Part shown: positions 47,848-52,296 of the stretch, in pieces
Layout: the number at the start of each line of letters is the position of its first letter
Position numbering within the stretch: the first letter of the stretch is position 1
From: Devosia sp.
Lineage (GTDB): Bacteria; Pseudomonadota; Alphaproteobacteria; Rhizobiales; Devosiaceae
DNA length: 52,296 nt
Assembly: GCA_039920085.1 (NCBI GenBank)
Contig: JBDSEK010000183.1
Span: 1 to 52,296, forward strand
Direction: 5' to 3'
Translations under genes and position numbers: made by a program
The notes under the pieces: model-generated
Databases searched by the model: none
What the model saw: the letters and a program-made list of their open reading frames with translations, nothing else
What the model was told of the DNA's origin: nothing

Positions 47848-48864
47848 CTATTTGAGCCAAAACGGGCTGGTCATGCGGATCGCCTGATTGGCGGAGACCG
47901 TTTCGAGCTTGCCGCCCTCCATGAAATCGCTCAGCGAGCGGAGCACAAGCGAGAGCTTGCCCAGGGCCGTGGCGTTGACGATGACTTCGGCCTGCGCGCT
48001 GTTGAGTTCGAGCGTCGCCAAGGCGGGCGCCGCGAAGATTTCGGCGCGTGGATTGGCGGGATCGGCTGGAGCACCCGTGGTGCCGGTTTCGCCCAGCCTC
48101 GCGTCGATGGCGAGGACCCGCACATTGCGGAGGATGGTCTCGGAGACCTGGAGGCCATTGGCATTGGTGCGTGCGAGCACGATGTCGACGTGATCATTGG
48201 GGACGATGAAGCCGCCCGAGGCTGCTTCCGGCGCCACCATGACGGAAACACCGCGCATGCCGGGCTCCAGTACGGCGGATAGATAGCCCTGATCGGCGAG
48301 GACGAGCTTCTGGCGGCGGATGGGTTCGCCCGGGAAGAATTCGTAGCGGGCGACGGCGCCGCTCATATCGGTGATGGCTTCGGGCGTCGCGGTGTCGGTA
48401 ATATATTCGGGGCGGAGGGCGGTTTCGGGCCATTCCTGCCAGGCAACGAGGCTCTCGCTCAGGCGCTGGCCCATGCCGATATCCTGCGTTGCAACAAGGA
48501 CGCGCGCGGTGGGCGGCGCGATGATGGCGGGGGCGGCGACCTCTTCGACAGGCGCGCTGGCCGGCTGCAGCCGCTGCACGGCAAGAAAAGCGGCGAGGCC
48601 GCCGGCGACGATGGCGACAACGACCAGCAGCAGGCGCGGCTTCATCAGCATGCCGAGCGGCAAGCGCGACAAGAAGCCAGCGCCGGCTTCTTCCTCTCCG
48701 GCGCTGCGCTGCATTTCGGCGCGTAGCAGATCGATGCGCAATTGCGCTCCCGTGGCGTAGGGCGAGCGTTCCTCCTCGCGCTGGGGCAGCGGCTCGGGCG
48801 GCGCGACGGATTCGGGAATGGAGTCCTCAAGGCTGAGGGAAATCGGTTTCATGCGCCGGAGCAA
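47848..48864 (-). CDS. cpaB: Flp pilus assembly protein CpaB/RcpC (start uncertain)
   Basis: TM, SAF domain (VLVATQDI...GEPI), PGMRGVSV, GGFIVPNDHVDI, NVRVLAID, GKLSLVLRS. Confidence 0.9.
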   Translation of the reverse strand: MLRRMKPISLSLEDSIPESVAPPEPLPQREEERSPYATGAQLRIDLLRAEMQRSAGEEEAGAGFLSRLPLGMLMKPRLLLVVVAIVAGGLAAFLAVQRLQPASAPVEEVAAPAIIAPPTARVLVATQDIGMGQRLSESLVAWQEWPETALRPEYITDTATPEAITDMSGAVARYEFFPGEPIRRQKLVLADQGYLSAVLEPGMRGVSVMVAPEAASGGFIVPNDHVDIVLARTNANGLQVSETILRNVRVLAIDARLGETGTTGAPADPANPRAEIFAAPALATLELNSAQAEVIVNATALGKLSLVLRSLSDFMEGGKLETVSANQAIRMTSPFWLK

Positions 48865-49004
48865 TCTATCCTCGGTCGAAGGGGGCGGCTGAGCTGCGGA
48901 AATCCCGCACTCAGAGTTCTACGCGAGAGAAATCTTTGCTTGGTTCCGGGTAAAGGATCAGTTCGAGCGAAAGGGCCAAGCCGGAGTTAACCCTACCGAA
49001 TTCC

Positions 49005-50255
49005 CTAAAGCTCGCGTTCGGCGAGCTCGCGGAAGGCATCGGGCACCGAATTGCCGCGGTCGAAAACGACCGAGCCATAGCCGATGGCTTCCCAGCCGAA
49101 GCGGTCGCGGACTTTGTCCATCGCCTTGTCGGCGAAAAAGCGCGAGGCACCGCGCCGTGTGCCGGGACGCCGGTTCTCACCGGGCAGGCCAAGGCCAAGC
49201 TCAAGTTGTAGCACCGGCTGGTGTTCGAGATGGGAGACCGAGATGGCGAGCAGCGAGATGAAGCGCTCGCCGGGGTAGTCGGCGAGGACGGACCAGACGA
49301 GGTCCTCGGCGATCTCGGCGACGATCGCGGTCGCGGCGACAGGGGCATCGAGGGTGAGGGCCCGGGTGACGGCATGCAAATCGGCGAAGCGCACGCGCAC
49401 CGTGATGCAGCGGCCGGCCAGCGCCTTGGCGCGAAGGCGCGTCGCGATGCGGTCGGCCAGGTGGATCAAAGCCGGGCGGACGATTTCGACCTTGGGCAAC
49501 TTCTTGCCGAGTGCGGACTGAGCGCCGGCCGAGCGGGCGCGGGCATCCATGACGATGGCGCGCGGGTCCTGGTTGAAAGCGAGGGATTTGAGCTTTTCGC
49601 TGGCCGCGGGGCCGAGCAACTTTTCGAGCGACTGGCCAGGCGTTGCCGCAAGCTGGCCGATGGTCACCACACCCATTCCGGCGAGGCGGGCTTTGGTGGC
49701 CGGGCCGACGCCCCACATCAGCTCGACCGGCAGATTGTGGAGGAATTCGAGTTCGGTCGCCGGGTCGATGACACAGAGGCCATCGGGCTTGGCGACCTGC
49801 GAGCCGATCTTGGCGAGATGCTTGGTGCGCGCAACGCCGACAGAAATGGGCAAGCCCACTTCGGCGCGGACGCGTCGGCGGATGGCGGTGGCGATCTGCG
49901 TGGGTGAGCCGAACAAATGCTCGGTTCCCGCGACATCGGCAAAGGCTTCGTCGATGGAAATGCGTTCTACCAGCGGCGTGTAGTCGTCGAGAATCTTGAG
50001 CGCGGCAGCGCCGAGGCGCTGATACTCCTTGAAATGGCCGCCGACGAAAATGAGATCGGGACAAAGCTCCTTGGCCTTGCGGCCGGGCATGCCGCCGCGG
50101 ACACCGAATCTCTTGGCTTCATAAGATGCCGCCAGCACCACGCCGCCGCCAACGGCGATGGGCTTGCCGAGCAGGGTCGGGTCGAGGAATTGCTCGACCG
50201 ACGCATAGAATGCGTCGAGATCGGCATGAAGAATTGTCGCGGCAGACGCAGCCAT
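49005..50255 (-). CDS. dinB: DNA polymerase IV (Y family)
   Basis: ILHADLDAFYASVE, ASYEAK, SIDEAF, KPDG. Confidence 0.95.
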   Translation of the reverse strand: MAASAATILHADLDAFYASVEQFLDPTLLGKPIAVGGGVVLAASYEAKRFGVRGGMPGRKAKELCPDLIFVGGHFKEYQRLGAAALKILDDYTPLVERISIDEAFADVAGTEHLFGSPTQIATAIRRRVRAEVGLPISVGVARTKHLAKIGSQVAKPDGLCVIDPATELEFLHNLPVELMWGVGPATKARLAGMGVVTIGQLAATPGQSLEKLLGPAASEKLKSLAFNQDPRAIVMDARARSAGAQSALGKKLPKVEIVRPALIHLADRIATRLRAKALAGRCITVRVRFADLHAVTRALTLDAPVAATAIVAEIAEDLVWSVLADYPGERFISLLAISVSHLEHQPVLQLELGLGLPGENRRPGTRRGASRFFADKAMDKVRDRFGWEAIGYGSVVFDRGNSVPDAFRELAEREL

Positions 50256-50275
50256 GGCGACCCGGTTAGTGTTGG

Positions 50276-50290
50276 GAACAAATAGAGAAC
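50276..50290 (-). promoter_or_regulatory. LexA (SOS) box upstream of dinB
   Basis: GAAC-AAATAGA-GAAC, 20 nt upstream of the dinB start; TTGACA on the minus strand at 50309-50304. Confidence 0.85.
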
Positions 50291-50326
50291 AAATCGACTG
50301 GGGATGTCAACCGGCTGCCCGGCGGA

Positions 50327-50608
50327 TTACTCCGCCGGAGCCAGGCCGTAGCGGATGCGGGCTTTTTCGCGGGCGCGGGCGATGAGCACTTCGCGGTCGC
50401 GGGGCGGGGCGTCGGTTTCTAGCGACTTAAGCAGCTTGCGGACGATCTTGTCGATGTCCTCAACTGCAGCGTGGAAGGCCGCTTCGTTGGCCTTGGAGGG
50501 ATGAGTGTAGCCGCTCACCTTGCGCACGAATTGCAGCGCCGCCTCATGCACCTCGTTGCGGCTGGCGGGCGGCTCGAAATTGAACAGGGGCTTGATGTTG
50601 CGGCACAT
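50327..50608 (-). CDS. DUF2277-family protein
   Basis: MCRNIKPLFNFEPPA...AALQFVRKVSG. Confidence 0.88.
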   Translation of the reverse strand: MCRNIKPLFNFEPPASRNEVHEAALQFVRKVSGYTHPSKANEAAFHAAVEDIDKIVRKLLKSLETDAPPRDREVLIARAREKARIRYGLAPAE

Positions 50609-50955
50609 GGCGCGGATCTCCAACAAACGCACGACGTTGGTGGAAATTTCGCACTGGTGACGAACGCGATGCAAGTGCTTGCTCTCGCCTCTGACGCTTT
50701 CAAGATTTCGCCGCAGACCAGGCGAATGATTGCTGGAAAAAGTGTTTCGAGGTGGGTGCGGCGGGCTCGAGCATCCCGGTGAAACCGAACCACGCACGGC
50801 GGAAGTCTCAACCATTGCTGTGGGTTAGAGCGCGAGGCCGGCGCGGTCATTCGCCAGCCGGCGGCGAACGCAGATCGCCTATTCCGATCAGAGGCTGGTT
50901 GAGGACAGAATCGAGGAGGAGACTCGCGCAAGTGAGTCGCAGCAGCGAGGGAGAG

Positions 50956-51234
50956 ATGTTGATGTCGATGTCCCCAACACACGCGCCTGAAGAGGCGATC
51001 CGCGAGAAGGCGTATTATCTGTGGGAGGCCGACGGCAAACCGTATGGCCGCGACCAGGAATATTGGCAGCGCGCCGCGGTGGCGCTCAGCAGCAAGGCGC
51101 GGCTCGATAGCCTGGTGAAACCGGCGCCGAAAAAGGCGAAGCCGGAGCCGGCCAAGAGCAAGGCGGCGGCCAGCAAGAGCGGTGCCGCGCCGACCAAAGC
51201 GCAGACCGCCAAGAAGAAGCCGAAGAAGAAGTAG
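50956..51234 (+). CDS. DUF2934-domain protein with Lys/Ala-rich tail
   Basis: IREKAYYLWEADGKPYGRDQEYWQRA. Confidence 0.85.
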   Translation: MLMSMSPTHAPEEAIREKAYYLWEADGKPYGRDQEYWQRAAVALSSKARLDSLVKPAPKKAKPEPAKSKAAASKSGAAPTKAQTAKKKPKKK

Positions 51235-51355
51235 CCACGCGGTCGGCTTTGCGCCTCAGAATTTCATCTGATAGGCGTCGGACTGGCCAGCGCTCGAGGC
51301 ATGGTTCGGAGAGCTAGCGGCAATTCACTGGTCGCCGCCTTGATGCTCGGGCAAA

Positions 51356-51772
51356 TTACGCTGCGGCCACAGCCGGCTTGAAGTTGAGTGCTACGCCATT
51401 GATGCAGTAGCGCAGGTGCGTGGGCGGCGGGCCATCGTTGAAGACATGGCCGAGATGGCTGCCGCAGGTCCCGCAATGCACTTCGGTGCGTGTCATGCCG
51501 TGGGTGCGATCGACGGTGTTTTCGACGGCGCCGGGGATGGGGTCGTTGAAGCTGGGCCAGCCGGTGCCGCTCTCGAACTTCACCTTGCCCTCGAACAGGG
51601 CGGTGTCGCAGCCGGCGCAATGGAAGGTGCCGGGGCGCTTTTCATAGAGCAGAGCGCAACTGCCGGGCGCCTCGGTGCCGTGGGCGCGCATGATGCGGAA
51701 CTGTTCGGGGGTGAGGAGTTGGCGCCACTCGGCGTCGGTGCGGCTGACGGGGTAGGTCTTTTCCATCTGCAT
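51356..51772 (-). CDS. msrB: Peptide-methionine (R)-S-oxide reductase
   Basis: GTE, CAGC, KFESGTGWPSF, CGSHLGHVF, RYCING. Confidence 0.96.
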   Translation of the reverse strand: MQMEKTYPVSRTDAEWRQLLTPEQFRIMRAHGTEAPGSCALLYEKRPGTFHCAGCDTALFEGKVKFESGTGWPSFNDPIPGAVENTVDRTHGMTRTEVHCGTCGSHLGHVFNDGPPPTHLRYCINGVALNFKPAVAAA

Positions 51773-51856
51773 GTGAGGCTCCCGCTGGTTGCGGGCTGAT
51801 ATAGGGGCACGGGCGGCAAAGGTCACGTCACAAGCCGATCACGAGCGCGGCAGCAA

Positions 51857-51880
51857 AACGCCGCCCCGAAGGGCGGCGTT
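51857..51880 (-). terminator. Terminator hairpin after the crystallin-domain gene
   Basis: Minus strand AACGCCGCCC-ttcg-GGGCGGCGTT then TT. Confidence 0.65.
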
Positions 51881-51906
51881 GCATTTCTTCGACCGCGAGA
51901 GCGGGA

Positions 51907-52296
51907 TCAGTCGACCGCGTAAGAGGTGATCTTGTTGTTCACCGAGGAGGGGAGATCCTCCATCGTCTCATCATATTCGCGGCAGATGCCGCCGAAATCG
52001 GTCGAGGTGCAGACGGTGACCACGGCGCCGCCTTCGATCAGAATCGACTCGATGTTGTTGTCAAAATTGCCGGGGATGTCATCATCGCTATCACCCGGCT
52101 CGACGCAGAAATTGGCGCCGCTCAGCCCGTCGCCCTGGTAGAAGCAGACTTCTGCTTGCTCCTCGGGCACGTCTTCTTCCTCTTCATCATCGCCCAGATT
52201 TAGGACCACATCGGGCCCGATGATGATCGAGAAATTGAACGGTGAATCCGGCCCGGTTGCCTTGGGCTTCAACAGACTCTTGGCAAGGAAGCCTTC
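51907..52296 (-). CDS. Beta/gamma-crystallin-domain protein (5' part beyond the window)
   Basis: VCFYQ...G, FDNNIESI, VTVC...FGG, NNKITSY Greek-key pattern; frame is open to 52296. Confidence 0.75.
   Translation of the reverse strand, partial: EGFLAKSLLKPKATGPDSPFNFSIIIGPDVVLNLGDDEEEEDVPEEQAEVCFYQGDGLSGANFCVEPGDSDDDIPGNFDNNIESILIEGGAVVTVCTSTDFGGICREYDETMEDLPSSVNNKITSYAVD

Noticed and set aside
50610-50950. Riboswitch or ncRNA in the 340-nt divergent intergenic region
   Set aside because: Only short hairpins (for example GACTCGC-gcaa-GTGAGTC) and no family consensus that I can recognise; an Rfam search would be needed.

Overview
High-GC alphaproteobacterial chromosome segment; gene content suggests Hyphomicrobiales, possibly Devosia-like (inference only). 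It is mostly housekeeping: petBC, apt, ychF-pth-rplY, prs-pgeF-midA-lgt, proC, ilvE, moaDE-pgsA-uvrC, uvrB, dinB and msrB. The main accessory element is a lower-GC two-gene cassette just downstream of uvrB, encoding a Hachiman-type anti-phage system (HamA DUF1837 nuclease plus HamB SF2 helicase). Its predicted sigma70 promoter is overlapped by a perfect alphaproteobacterial LexA box (GAAC-N7-GAAC). The same motif precedes dinB in this window, which suggests an SOS-inducible Hachiman system. Other notable items: a palindromic repeat inserted in frame in uvrB with a free copy nearby; a kinase / orphan binding protein / secreted TPR-CHAT protease / HtrA pseudo-protease cluster; a partial Tad module containing a three-unit hairpin array; and a LuxR solo with a substituted ligand pocket. 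No rRNA, tRNA, CRISPR array, integrase or transposase was recognised. All calls come from motif reading, not database searches.
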